Shown piece by piece: positions 29,463 to 39,668 of a stretch of DNA of 64,000 nucleotides. The stretch spans positions 64,001 to 128,000 of the forward strand of contig JBHLOY010000007.1 of assembly GCA_048939995.1 (NCBI GenBank). Reading direction: 5' to 3'. The position numbers and the translations under genes are program-made. Within the stretch, counting starts at the first letter, position 1. Every line of letters starts with the position of its first letter. The stretch comes from Promethearchaeota archaeon (GTDB lineage: Archaea > Asgardarchaeota > Lokiarchaeia > Sigyniarchaeales > SOKP01). Under the pieces are notes generated by a model, which had not been told where the DNA came from, made no database searches, and saw nothing but the letters and a program-made list of their open reading frames with translations.

Positions 29463-30134
29463 ATGTCAGAAGAAGAAAACGATTATGACGATTTGGAAGA
29501 TTACGAAGAAGAAGAGGAAGAAGAGGAAGAATTTGATTATGAGAGTGATTTAGATTACAAAATAGAAAATGTTGTAGCCACAGTGACAGTGGAGATAACA
29601 GAAAAAATAGATCTTAATCAAATTGCACGGAAACATGCTGAAGTAGAATATAACCCTGAAAGATTCCCCGGATTAGTTATGAGAATAGAAAAACCGAGAG
29701 CAACAATTTTAATATTTTCAACTGGAAAAATGGTGGTAACTGGATTGCGTAAAGCCTCAGAAGCAGAACGTGTTGTAGATAAAGTAGTTAAAAATATACG
29801 AAAGGCAGGGATTAAATTAGCTAATCCCGAAATTACTATTCAAAACATTGTAGCTAGTGGCGATTTACACACAAATATAGATTTAAACATGGCTGCCATT
29901 GTTATGGAATATGCAATGTATGAACCAGAAGTTTTTCCAGGATTAATCTATCGTATGCAAGATCCAAAAACAGTATTTTTGATTTTCTCAACCGGGAGAA
30001 TTGTATGTACGGGGGCGAAAAAGAAGGAGATTGTTAGAGATGCCGTTATGAAGCTCAATCAACAAGTTCGAGAATTAGGTGTAGCTAAAAAAGAATTAAC
30101 AGATACAGATTATCAAGATATAACTTTTATATAA
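29463..30134 (+). CDS. tbp: TATA-box binding protein
   Basis: Two repeats: ENVVAT..YNPERFPGL..LIFSTGKMVVTG and QNIVAS..YEPEVFPGL..LIFSTGRIVCTG. Acidic N-terminal tail. Confidence 0.98.
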   Translation: MSEEENDYDDLEDYEEEEEEEEEFDYESDLDYKIENVVATVTVEITEKIDLNQIARKHAEVEYNPERFPGLVMRIEKPRATILIFSTGKMVVTGLRKASEAERVVDKVVKNIRKAGIKLANPEITIQNIVASGDLHTNIDLNMAAIVMEYAMYEPEVFPGLIYRMQDPKTVFLIFSTGRIVCTGAKKKEIVRDAVMKLNQQVRELGVAKKELTDTDYQDITFI

Positions 30135-30185
30135 CTTTAATAATCTATTATTTTTTTTAGAATTTATTATATAATGGAGCCCCAA

Positions 30186-30665
30186 TTAGTCTTTTTGAAA
30201 GACAATCATGAATTCACAATAATCTTTACCTGTCTGTAAGCTGCAATTTATTTCTTGAGCAAAGCAATGAACATTACTCATACGTTCTACTATACCTGCT
30301 AGCATTCCTGCTTCGAAAGAACAGAAACTTCCGTCTGATTTAATACTTTTACCAATTAAATCTTTAATTGAAGAATGTCCTTTTAATTTAAGTTGAACTA
30401 TTTCATCTGAGCTTTCTGAAATTTCAACTTTGCCAATGTTATATTCTACAATAATTTCCTTTAATAGAGTAGGTATTTTTGAAACATCTTCAGCTTGTTT
30501 AACCTTAAGAGTAGTACCTAATTCATGGCCCAAATAGTAAAAAATAGCCTCCAATTGGTGACCTAGAGCAAGTAGAGCCCCTACTTTCATATCTCCAATT
30601 TCCTTTCCTTTTTTAAGATGTTCTCTCATCTGAGTTAAAATTTTAGAGAGCAGTTGGCGATCCAT
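30186..30665 (-). CDS. V4R-domain protein
   Basis: FYYLGHELG, NIGKVEI, FCSFEAGMLAGI, EINC and CEF. Confidence 0.85.
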   Translation of the reverse strand: MDRQLLSKILTQMREHLKKGKEIGDMKVGALLALGHQLEAIFYYLGHELGTTLKVKQAEDVSKIPTLLKEIIVEYNIGKVEISESSDEIVQLKLKGHSSIKDLIGKSIKSDGSFCSFEAGMLAGIVERMSNVHCFAQEINCSLQTGKDYCEFMIVFQKD

Positions 30666-30704
30666 ATTATTTTCTCCTTTTACTTTTTTATTTTTTTATA
30701 CTTT

Positions 30705-30998
30705 TTATATTTTTACTGAAGAAATAAATCCATATAAAATGGCATCAATGATATCCTCTTCTTGAATATTTATTGAAAGTCGGCGATCTGCGATAATAAT
30801 AGTCGGTAGTGAAGTGATTTTGTATTCTTTTGTCAATTTATAATTTTTCTCAACATCTATTTTAGCTATATATAATTTTTTTCCAAACATCGAAATATTT
30901 ATCCTTTTTAGCATTTCTTCTATTGGTTTGCAAGGTGCACAGTGAGCTGATGAAAATAACAAGATTTTTGGATAACCTTCTTTAAAAGTATCTACCAT
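30705..30998 (-). CDS. Thioredoxin/glutaredoxin-like protein
   Basis: LFSSAHCAPC (CxxC), KIDVE and the cis-Pro motif LPT. Confidence 0.88.
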   Translation of the reverse strand: MVDTFKEGYPKILLFSSAHCAPCKPIEEMLKRINISMFGKKLYIAKIDVEKNYKLTKEYKITSLPTIIIADRRLSINIQEEDIIDAILYGFISSVKI

Positions 30999-31031
30999 AA
31001 ATAATCAATGTGGTAAAATGACTGGAAATAA

Positions 31032-31577
31032 TTATTTATCTTTAAATTTATGATATAACTCTTTTATAATGGCTTGAAATGCTTCGTATACTCCTGTTCC
31101 AGTTTTAGCGCTAGTTCTATAATAGCCTAAAAAGTTTCGTTGTTCCCCAAGTTTTTCTGCTTCAATATCATCTAGTTTTTCAATGTTAATTAAATCAATT
31201 TTATTGCCGAATAAAATTATTGGGATGTTTCCGCAATATTTCTTAATATCTTCATGCCACTCAATAATATTATCATAACTCTGTTCTTCATCAGGTGCGT
31301 GTGAAAATACAATGATCGCTGCTTTACTTCCTTTATAGAATGTAGGTCTCATAAAGCTAAACTCTGCTTGTCCTGCTATGTCCCAAAAGAAAAGTTTTAC
31401 CATATTACCCTCAATCTTTTCATCGTATTTTGAAAATTGAGCCCCTAGAGTTTTAATATATTGTTTTTGAAACGATCCTTGAGTATATTTTTTAATCAAA
31501 GACGTCTTACCAACACCTCCATCTCCGATCACTGTAATTTTGAAAACAAAATCTTTCTTTTCCTCTTTACCGTTCAT
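31032..31577 (-). CDS. Rab/Ran-like small GTPase
   Basis: GDGGVGKTS, KTLG, WDIAGQ, NKID and TSAK. Confidence 0.95.
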   Translation of the reverse strand: MNGKEEKKDFVFKITVIGDGGVGKTSLIKKYTQGSFQKQYIKTLGAQFSKYDEKIEGNMVKLFFWDIAGQAEFSFMRPTFYKGSKAAIIVFSHAPDEEQSYDNIIEWHEDIKKYCGNIPIILFGNKIDLINIEKLDDIEAEKLGEQRNFLGYYRTSAKTGTGVYEAFQAIIKELYHKFKDK

Positions 31578-31740
31578 TCAATCACTCCATAGCTATTCCG
31601 CGTATTCAATTTCTTTTAAATATTATTTTTACAACTTTAATTATTAATATTAATAATTATATTTATATTGAGTTTATATTAACATTAAGTTCTTTTAATC
31701 TTTAAAGTATATTAAAATAATTTACCTATTTTGTAGAAAA

Positions 31741-32229
31741 ATGAGCTTACTTAAAAGAATAAAGTATCTAATCGAAAAGTTTACTGAGAAGAAAATTCTA
31801 CTAGCTATTGCAGAGTCATGTACAGGAGGATATATATGTCATATGTTTACTAATATTTCTGGTGCCTCGAATGTTTTTGAGAGGGGCGTTGTCTGTTATA
31901 GTAACAAATCAAAAGTAGAGGCGCTAAATGTTGATCTAAGAAGTATTGAAGCTGCTGGTGCAGTTTCTGAAACAGTAGCAAGACAATTGGCTTATAATAT
32001 TAGAATTCTTTCAAATGTTGATATTGGAATAGGAATTACGGGAATCGCGGGGCCTACAGGAGGAACAAAAGAGAAACCTGTTGGATTGGTTTATATTGGC
32101 TATTCTACAAAAGAAGAAACAAAAATAGAGAAATATTTTCTTCAAACAGATAGAATTCATTTTAAAGAATTAGTTTTGGAGAAGGTTTTGGAATACTTAG
32201 AGAACATTACCTTGGAAGAAAAATTATAG
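31741..32229 (+). CDS. cinA: CinA C-terminal domain protein (NMN deamidase, PncC type)
   Basis: AESCTGG, SGAS, GAVS and TGIAGP.GG...KPVGLVY. Confidence 0.92.
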   Translation: MSLLKRIKYLIEKFTEKKILLAIAESCTGGYICHMFTNISGASNVFERGVVCYSNKSKVEALNVDLRSIEAAGAVSETVARQLAYNIRILSNVDIGIGITGIAGPTGGTKEKPVGLVYIGYSTKEETKIEKYFLQTDRIHFKELVLEKVLEYLENITLEEKL

Positions 32230-32251
32230 ATGAGTTATAATAACTCTATTT

Positions 32252-33433
32252 TTAAATTAGTTTTCCTTGTTCCATTATTTGCTTTTTAGTTCCATCCTTA
32301 TATTCAACTGTAATGTTTGCTTTTGGATGAGTTACAAAATCCCAATGCATCTGAGATGCAGAAGTTCCTCCAAAAGATATATTAAATCCAAAAGCAAGAT
32401 GGACACTCCCAATTATCTTTTCATCAGTAAGTATATATCCAATGGCTTTTGTGATTTCTGGGTTGCAGCCTATTCCAAGTTCTGCTACATTATAGGTCCT
32501 AATTTCAGGAACTTCATTTTGTTTATCCAGTTCTTCACATTTTTTAAAAGTATTAACTAAATCTCTTAAATTTATATCAGCAGTTACTTTATCAAGCAAT
32601 AATTTTCCCTTTTTGAAAGGGAGCATAACATTTTTAACAATTTTATCACTGATTCGGTCCTTCGTTAGAGGACAAAAAATAGTGCCTTCTCCCTGTGTTT
32701 CTTGAGGAGGGAAATATACTTCACCTGCAGGTAAATTTCCACCCAGATCTCCTAAAGCAATTTGTTCATCAGAAAGGATTCCATCATCAAGTATTTTACT
32801 TCTATCTTCAATTGATACCCAAAAATCAGTTCCATAATCATCAGAAACATAAACTCTTCTTCCATTTTCGAAAAAACGACCTAAATTTTTCGTTAATTCA
32901 CTCATTTTCTCCTGAGGAATACTCATTCCTCCAACAATAAACTTTTCATAAAGTTTATAATCAATATTAAAGAATTTTGCAGCCTCCTTTGATGGCCAAG
33001 CAGCATAACACCACTTTTTACCAGGAGCATACTCTTTTTTAAGACCATATAGTATGTTTCTTAGAGGCAAATTAGCCTTTGCTACAGCATCAACCTTCTC
33101 ACGTGGAGCCCTATTTTTTATGGAAGGGTCCGCTAATGGTTCAATTACGATATAAGCATCAATATTTTCAATCAACTTTTGGTAGTGCATACCTGTTTTT
33201 TCCAAAGTCTCTTTTTTGATGGATTCATCTTGATAGATTTGCTCTGAATAATTGTCGCTTGTATATGAAATAAAGGGGATTGCTTCTTGTCTAAAAAGGC
33301 TCAAACCAATTTCCTCTAGTAAATCTTGAGAATAAAGACCTCCCCTTACAAATACACATTCTCCAGGCTTTTTTATATTAATACTTTTAGTAATGTTTTC
33401 AGCACATATTTTAATTTTCTCCTTTGTAATCAT
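32252..33433 (-). CDS. M29 family aminopeptidase
   Basis: NLPAGEV, ELGIG.N, DEKI.GSVHLAFG and HWD. Confidence 0.9.
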   Translation of the reverse strand: MITKEKIKICAENITKSINIKKPGECVFVRGGLYSQDLLEEIGLSLFRQEAIPFISYTSDNYSEQIYQDESIKKETLEKTGMHYQKLIENIDAYIVIEPLADPSIKNRAPREKVDAVAKANLPLRNILYGLKKEYAPGKKWCYAAWPSKEAAKFFNIDYKLYEKFIVGGMSIPQEKMSELTKNLGRFFENGRRVYVSDDYGTDFWVSIEDRSKILDDGILSDEQIALGDLGGNLPAGEVYFPPQETQGEGTIFCPLTKDRISDKIVKNVMLPFKKGKLLLDKVTADINLRDLVNTFKKCEELDKQNEVPEIRTYNVAELGIGCNPEITKAIGYILTDEKIIGSVHLAFGFNISFGGTSASQMHWDFVTHPKANITVEYKDGTKKQIMEQGKLI

Positions 33434-33636
33434 AATTCTGTAAAATGGTGTTTATATATTAATTCTTTTTTTTTATTTCAATGGAATAAGTCATTTCTAC
33501 ATAGAGAAAATTTTATTATGAAACAAAAACTAATCAAAGAATTTATTAGATTAGGTTATTATAAATAAAATAGAAAGAAATTACTTTTTAAACTTTTAAT
33601 TTACCCAATATTTCATATATATTTAAAATCTAAATA

Positions 33637-34101
33637 ATGGTAATTCGCGAAGTTGGTTTATTATTCAGAGGATTCACATTAGTTAAAAAGAGTTATCATA
33701 AATCAACTTTTGGAAGAATTGATGTCGATTTAAGAAGTGGTTTACTAACAGCGCTTTTAAATTTCGCAGATACAGCTTTTACTTACAATTCGATAGAATA
33801 TTTTGAAGGAAAGAAATTTGTCATTACATTTACAAACGATACAATTCGGTCAGATGATAGTATTGAACCTGAGCCACTAATCTCTTATGCAATATTAGAT
33901 AAAGAAAAAAAAGTCGAAAAATATATTCATAAAATAATTCAACCCCTCTTATTTAGTATTGCGAATGAGTTTAAAAAAGCTAATGAAGGAAAAAATCTTT
34001 CAGAAGTAACACAATTTAAATATTTTAAAAATATTCTTGATTATACTTTTGGTTCAGACGCAAAAAACATCGATCAAAAACTAAAGGGTCTTTTTTATTA
34101 A
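33637..34101 (+). CDS. Longin-like domain protein (Asgard type)
   Basis: IREVGLLFRGFTLV, DLRSGLLTALLNFA and IEYFE. Confidence 0.55.
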   Translation: MVIREVGLLFRGFTLVKKSYHKSTFGRIDVDLRSGLLTALLNFADTAFTYNSIEYFEGKKFVITFTNDTIRSDDSIEPEPLISYAILDKEKKVEKYIHKIIQPLLFSIANEFKKANEGKNLSEVTQFKYFKNILDYTFGSDAKNIDQKLKGLFY

Positions 34102-34111
34102 GAAATAATAA

Positions 34112-35062
34112 TTATTTTAAATTTAATGCTTTTTTTAAATAAAGCAATATCAATGGCAACACAATGGTTGCATCTGACACAATAGTAGAATATTTTGCAC
34201 TTTTACTAACTTTACCCCATGATATCGCCTCTTCTAGTGTTGCTCCACTTAATCCACCAGTTTCTGGGCGATCCATTGTAATTTGTATTGCATAAATTGC
34301 TGATGAGGGGCAAAACTGCAGTGATTGGAAAATAAAGTTCTTTGGAACACCTCCACCAACTATGCAAACTCCCGCATGTTTGGTGTCCCATGCTAAATCA
34401 ACCATTTTTAACATGTCCTTAAAATGATTTAGATTTAAATTACGATGATGAAATCCTAATTGTAATGCTAATCCCGAGTCAGTAAATGCTGGACAGAAGA
34501 TTGGTATTTGCTTTTCAGCACATATTTTTAAGATTGAATTAGGATTGTCAGGTAATTGTTCACCTAAAAATTTTAAGAAATTGCTAACTGGCATGCTGTT
34601 ATCAGGAATCTCTAAACCAGATATAAAATCTTCAATTCCTTCATAAACATTATTTGGTAAAAAAACATCATAAATTCGGTTTAACTTATAGTCGTAAAGC
34701 TTAGCATCATCCAAATTTTGAATATTCATTTCGCCCTGTAAATGATGGAATCCTAGTGTTTCAGCAATATCATGAGTCAAGCTGGCTCCCGTGGTTACGA
34801 AAATATCAATAAATCCGTTTTCTAAAAAATCATGAATTATTCCTTGCATACCTACTGGTATTAGGGCTCCTGCTAATCCGAAAAATTTCGTACAATCATT
34901 ATCTTCAACCATCTCTTTATAAATGTGGCATGCCTTAGCTAATCTTTTAGCATTAAACCCTGTTTCCACTAGTGATTCTATTAGTTCTAAAATATCATCT
35001 GTTCCTTTTAGCTTAAATTGGTTTACTTTTTTCAGTTCATCTTCAAATTTTTTGGTGGGCAT
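34112..35062 (-). CDS. dys: Deoxyhypusine synthase
   Basis: TTGASLTHD, FCPAFTDS, GGGVPKN and GGLSGATLEEAISWGK. Confidence 0.93.
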   Translation of the reverse strand: MPTKKFEDELKKVNQFKLKGTDDILELIESLVETGFNAKRLAKACHIYKEMVEDNDCTKFFGLAGALIPVGMQGIIHDFLENGFIDIFVTTGASLTHDIAETLGFHHLQGEMNIQNLDDAKLYDYKLNRIYDVFLPNNVYEGIEDFISGLEIPDNSMPVSNFLKFLGEQLPDNPNSILKICAEKQIPIFCPAFTDSGLALQLGFHHRNLNLNHFKDMLKMVDLAWDTKHAGVCIVGGGVPKNFIFQSLQFCPSSAIYAIQITMDRPETGGLSGATLEEAISWGKVSKSAKYSTIVSDATIVLPLILLYLKKALNLK

Positions 35063-35066
35063 AATG

Positions 35067-35975
35067 TTAAAAATATAGGTTATTCGAAATAAATGAAATA
35101 AATTCTATAATTAATTTAGCAGCTAAATTACTGGTTAAATTATTTGGAAGATCTAAATTTGGAGCTACCTCAACTAAATCAAATCCGATAACTTTAAATT
35201 CTTTTGCTATTTCTCTTAAAGATTTCCATAATTCTCGATATGATAAGCCTCCAGGAATTGCAAATCCTGTAGCGGGAGCAACTGAAGGATCAAGAACATC
35301 AATATCGATTGAGATATATAGATATTTTATCTTAGAACTCTTAAAAAACTTAATAATTTCCTCTATATATTTATTTAAACCATAATCTTGTAATTTATAA
35401 GCATTTAGATATGTTATCTTTTCTTCATTTACGATCTCAAGCTCCGGGATATCGATATCTCTGGTACCAACAATTAATATATTATTATTATTTACAAAAT
35501 CTAGGTCATAAATTCTATGTGATATAGTGGCATGCGAGTATACTCCTTTATCCCATTGCTCATAGAAATCAAGATGAGCATCAAACATTAAATAACCCAA
35601 TTCACTTTTATCTTCAAATAATTCTCCAACTGCTTTTGCAACAGGAAAAGAGCAAAAATGATCTCCCCCAATCATTACGGGAATAATCTCGCTTTTTTGC
35701 TCATAAATACTTTTAATAAAATTGTTGATATCTTTAAGGTTTTTATCCACTTCTTCTGCATCAATTTTTACGTCTCCTATATCAACAACATCTAATTTTG
35801 GGATTTCATAACCCATCTCTGTAGTTAAGGCTAAATCATTAGTAACCTCACGTATTTTTTCCGGTGCTACTGCTGAATTAGGAGCTTTTATCGATGTAAG
35901 ATAATCCCAAGGAATACCAAATATTATGAACTTGCTTTTAGAATCAATAACCTGTCCAAAATCAAAAAATGTCAT
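35067..35975 (-). CDS. speB: Agmatinase (ureohydrolase family)
   Basis: GGDH, DAHLD, SHAT, DIDVLDP..AP.TG and DLVEVAP. Confidence 0.88.
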   Translation of the reverse strand: MTFFDFGQVIDSKSKFIIFGIPWDYLTSIKAPNSAVAPEKIREVTNDLALTTEMGYEIPKLDVVDIGDVKIDAEEVDKNLKDINNFIKSIYEQKSEIIPVMIGGDHFCSFPVAKAVGELFEDKSELGYLMFDAHLDFYEQWDKGVYSHATISHRIYDLDFVNNNNILIVGTRDIDIPELEIVNEEKITYLNAYKLQDYGLNKYIEEIIKFFKSSKIKYLYISIDIDVLDPSVAPATGFAIPGGLSYRELWKSLREIAKEFKVIGFDLVEVAPNLDLPNNLTSNLAAKLIIEFISFISNNLYF

Positions 35976-35996
35976 TTAATCTGTACTCCATTTTAA

Positions 35997-37712
35997 TTAC
36001 ATTTGTTCAAGGGTTTCTATCCCTAAAATTTTTAGTCCACTCTTTATCACAATCTGTACACACTTTATCAAGAATAATCTTGCGCCTTCCAGCTCCTTGT
36101 CTTCAGAAATCACTTGACATGAAGTATAAAATGAATTAAAATATTGACATAATGTAAGTAAATATTGAGCAATTAAATGGATATTGTAAGTTTTTTCTGA
36201 ATCATTGATATATTCGGGAAAATAGGTCAACCACTTTATTAATATCAACTCTTTTTCATGTTTTAATAATTCCCAGTTGATTTTCGAGCTAATATCAAGA
36301 TCAGACTTATTGATGATTGAAGCGATTCTTGCATAACAGTATTGAATATATGGTCCAGTTTCACCTTCAAAAGAAATACTTTCTTCGGGATTGAAGATAA
36401 ATCCTTTTGAGGGACTATATTTTAAGATGTAGAATTTTAAAGCAGCTAATCCGATAGTTTCTGCCCTCTTCTTCTTTTCATCTGTAGGAATAGAGGGGTA
36501 TCTTTTTTCTACTTCTTTAAAAGCGAGTTCTTCGACCTCTTCAATAACATCATCAGCATCAACAATTGTTCCTTCCCTACTCTTCATCTTTCCACTTGGT
36601 AAATCTACCATCCCATAAGATAAGTGAAAATTATCTCCCTTAAATCCTAATTTATCTAATATAGCGAATAACCATTTAAAATGTTGGATTTGCTCATCAG
36701 CAACAACATAAATTGATTTATCATAATTGAAATCTTCTTTCTTCTTATAAGCTAAATATATATCTTGAGTTATGTAAATTGCTGTACCATCACGTCTTAT
36801 TAGTATTTTATCTTCAAGATTATAATCATTTAGTCTTGCTATAATAGCTCCATCGTCAAGTTTTTCAAAAATACCTCTCCTTAATCCATCATTGATGATT
36901 TCTTTACCTCTTAAATAAAGATCAGATTCAAAGTAGATTTTGTCAAATGAAATACCTAACTTCTTATACGTATCATTAAAACCATCAAGAGCCCACTGAT
37001 TCATCTGATTCCATAATTCAACTGTTTCTCTATCACCAGCTTCCCATAGCTTCAACAAATCATAAGCTTCTTTTTCTAATTCTTTTTCGTCTTTTTCTTT
37101 TTCATTATAGAGTACGTAAAAATCTCCCACGAAATGATCACATTTCTTGTTAGGTTTTCTATTTTTGCCCCATTTCTTATATGCTAACATACTCTTGCAG
37201 ATATGAATACCACGATTATTATATAAGTTAACTTGGAATACTTGATGTTCTTTATATTTAAGAAGATTGGAAAGAGATTGCCCTAATAACATATTTCTCA
37301 CATGCCCAAAGTGAAGTGGTTTATTAGTGTTAGGTGAGGGATATTCAATGACAATCTTTAGTCTCTCCTCTTTTTCTATTCCTAATTTTAACCTTAGTCT
37401 ACCAAAATCTTCTTTCAGATTAAATATTTCATCTAGAATATATTTGCCACCTACTTTCATATTTAAATATGGGCCTTTTGCTTCAATTTGTTCTAAGTAT
37501 TGGGGTAATTTGATTTTGTCCTTCAATTCTAAAGCAATCTTGTTTGCATTTTTATCCTTTTCCCATTTAGTTAATACAAAACAAGGAAGGGCGTAGGTAT
37601 AATCAATATCTGGAGGTGGTATTTCAATAATTGATTTAATCTCTTCTATTCTAAGTTGCGGTAAATAGTCATGCAGAAATTCTGCAATTGTACTCTTGTC
37701 AATGGCTATCAT
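35997..37712 (-). CDS. argS: Arginine--tRNA ligase
   Basis: SPNTNKPLHFGHVRN, KMKSREG and GETGPYIQY.YAR. Confidence 0.97.
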   Translation of the reverse strand: MIAIDKSTIAEFLHDYLPQLRIEEIKSIIEIPPPDIDYTYALPCFVLTKWEKDKNANKIALELKDKIKLPQYLEQIEAKGPYLNMKVGGKYILDEIFNLKEDFGRLRLKLGIEKEERLKIVIEYPSPNTNKPLHFGHVRNMLLGQSLSNLLKYKEHQVFQVNLYNNRGIHICKSMLAYKKWGKNRKPNKKCDHFVGDFYVLYNEKEKDEKELEKEAYDLLKLWEAGDRETVELWNQMNQWALDGFNDTYKKLGISFDKIYFESDLYLRGKEIINDGLRRGIFEKLDDGAIIARLNDYNLEDKILIRRDGTAIYITQDIYLAYKKKEDFNYDKSIYVVADEQIQHFKWLFAILDKLGFKGDNFHLSYGMVDLPSGKMKSREGTIVDADDVIEEVEELAFKEVEKRYPSIPTDEKKKRAETIGLAALKFYILKYSPSKGFIFNPEESISFEGETGPYIQYCYARIASIINKSDLDISSKINWELLKHEKELILIKWLTYFPEYINDSEKTYNIHLIAQYLLTLCQYFNSFYTSCQVISEDKELEGARLFLIKCVQIVIKSGLKILGIETLEQM

Positions 37713-37828
37713 TTTCAGAGAAGTATTATTTGGTTGTAAATTTTAACTGCTTTATTAAGTATATTTAAGGTAACTCAAAAATTTATGTAATTAATATTCT
37801 TAACATAATAAAATCTAAAAGCACTAGG

Positions 37829-38944
37829 TTAGAATGTTTTCCAAAAATCTGTAGCAGAAAGTGTGGTTTTTACTTTAGAAAATGGACAAATAGAAATACA
37901 ATAACCACAATCACTCGAATTTTCAATCCAAAATTCAAAACATTTTTCCACATTTACATAATATTTCTTAACTCCCGGATTATTAGATATTGTCGGTGGT
38001 TTAAAGAAAGGTTCTACTTCAGTTGAAATTGCTTTAGTTTCACATATATCAGCACATTTAAAACATTGGGAACAGAAATTCCTTACTTTACCTATAAATT
38101 CCAAATTAGGTTTATCAGAAACAAGAGGAATATCAGTAAATATTTTGCAGATTCTTACGCGAGGACCATACTCTGGAGTGATTAATAAACCATGCCTTCC
38201 AATGGCTCCAAGTCCCGCATCAATCGCTAAAGGAATACTGATTGCGGTATCATTACCACATTGAATTGCACGATAGCCTAAATTTCTTATGAACTCACCG
38301 AGACAAGAAATTACAAATGCCATTTTCGAATAAGCTACTGCTGCTGCAGCAGCAGCAGGTTGAGCTGGAGCAGTTGATATAGCATCGTGATCCATCTCAA
38401 TAGCCATAACTATTGCCTTATTTATTCCTTGAGGCAAATTAATAGCATTTTCCAATATATCTTTAGATGATTTTCCTTCCCTAAGTTCTTTCTTTGAATC
38501 TGCTTCACTAGTCATATCAGTTCTTAAAAAGCCAGTCTTATAAACCCATTTTTCATTAATATCTGTAACTCCAACTAATGATGCCCCATAAAATTTGGCA
38601 ACTTTTTTTAGTATTAAAGTAAAATCTTTAGGATCTTTTATTTGATATTTTATTTTCATCCAATCTAAGCCATAACCGATATCATAATCATTTTTCCTTT
38701 GCCAAGCAAAAGCAAATGGAAATCTTTCATAAACAGTCCATCCCGCGGCTACAATCGCAAAATCAACTCGAGAATATCCTTCTTTCTTTGAATTTATGTG
38801 ATTTTCTATATTCTCTTCAAACATTTTACCAAATGTTGATAAACTTTTATCCCAAAGACGGCGGTAAATCATGTGGTTTTTTTCTTCGAAACGACAATAT
38901 ATCTCTTCATTAATCTCATAGGCAACTTCTGAATTTTTTTCCAT
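37829..38944 (-). CDS. Reductive dehalogenase-like cobalamin/Fe-S protein
   Basis: AKFYGASLVG, FIRNLGYRA, AGLG..GR.GLLITPEYGPRVR, FC..C.KCA..C and C...W......CG.C...CPF. Confidence 0.88.
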   Translation of the reverse strand: MEKNSEVAYEINEEIYCRFEEKNHMIYRRLWDKSLSTFGKMFEENIENHINSKKEGYSRVDFAIVAAGWTVYERFPFAFAWQRKNDYDIGYGLDWMKIKYQIKDPKDFTLILKKVAKFYGASLVGVTDINEKWVYKTGFLRTDMTSEADSKKELREGKSSKDILENAINLPQGINKAIVMAIEMDHDAISTAPAQPAAAAAAVAYSKMAFVISCLGEFIRNLGYRAIQCGNDTAISIPLAIDAGLGAIGRHGLLITPEYGPRVRICKIFTDIPLVSDKPNLEFIGKVRNFCSQCFKCADICETKAISTEVEPFFKPPTISNNPGVKKYYVNVEKCFEFWIENSSDCGYCISICPFSKVKTTLSATDFWKTF

Positions 38945-39048
38945 CTCAAATCATAATTTTTCGTGTTAAATATAATTTAAAATTAATAAATAAAAGTTTT
39001 AAAGAGTTGAGGTTAATGTAATGGATACGATTTCACTTGTAAATTATC

Positions 39049-39552
39049 TCAATCGAAGAAGGGGAAAGGGATATAGATCCTTAAAATAAAAAAGATAACT
39101 CTTATGTACAATCCTATTAACCCAGCAACTCCTAGAATTAAACCTATAATCCCCATTGCCTTTGAATCATCCTTAACTATTCCTAGAATGCCCGAAACAA
39201 TTGCTAGGATACATAAAATTATAATCATTACGTTATTAAATATGATTAGAGATGATGTAGAGATCCCAATGATTCTTAAGAATATAATTAGAAAAGTTAA
39301 GCCCAAACCAATTATTCCTGCAACTAGAGCAACAGTACCATACGTTTTTTCAGGTTCAAAATAACCATTAGAAGGTTTAGAAGCTACTATCTTAACTGGT
39401 GGGGGAATTTCTGCTCTGAGTGGTTCAATTTGCATTTCTGGTTGTTTCTGAACTATTGTAGAGATTCGTTCTTCTGATAAACGATACCCACAATTGGAAC
39501 AAACATTCCAAAAAGATTCTACTTTGGTACCACAACTTGGGCAATAGTTCAT
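39049..39552 (-). CDS. Zinc-ribbon plus 3-TM membrane protein (paralog of 39669-40148)
   Basis: MNYCPSCG...CSNCG, a Pro-rich linker and three TM segments; ATG at 39552. Confidence 0.8.
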   Translation of the reverse strand: MNYCPSCGTKVESFWNVCSNCGYRLSEERISTIVQKQPEMQIEPLRAEIPPPVKIVASKPSNGYFEPEKTYGTVALVAGIIGLGLTFLIIFLRIIGISTSSLIIFNNVMIIILCILAIVSGILGIVKDDSKAMGIIGLILGVAGLIGLYIRVIFFILRIYIPFPFFD

Positions 39553-39668
39553 ATTTATCACTAGAAAATGTACATTTATATTTCTTTTCTAGAAATTATG
39601 AACCTTTTATAAAAAACAATCAAATTAATATTCAAAGTTCAATTGGCTTCAAAAGCTCTTTAACACTG

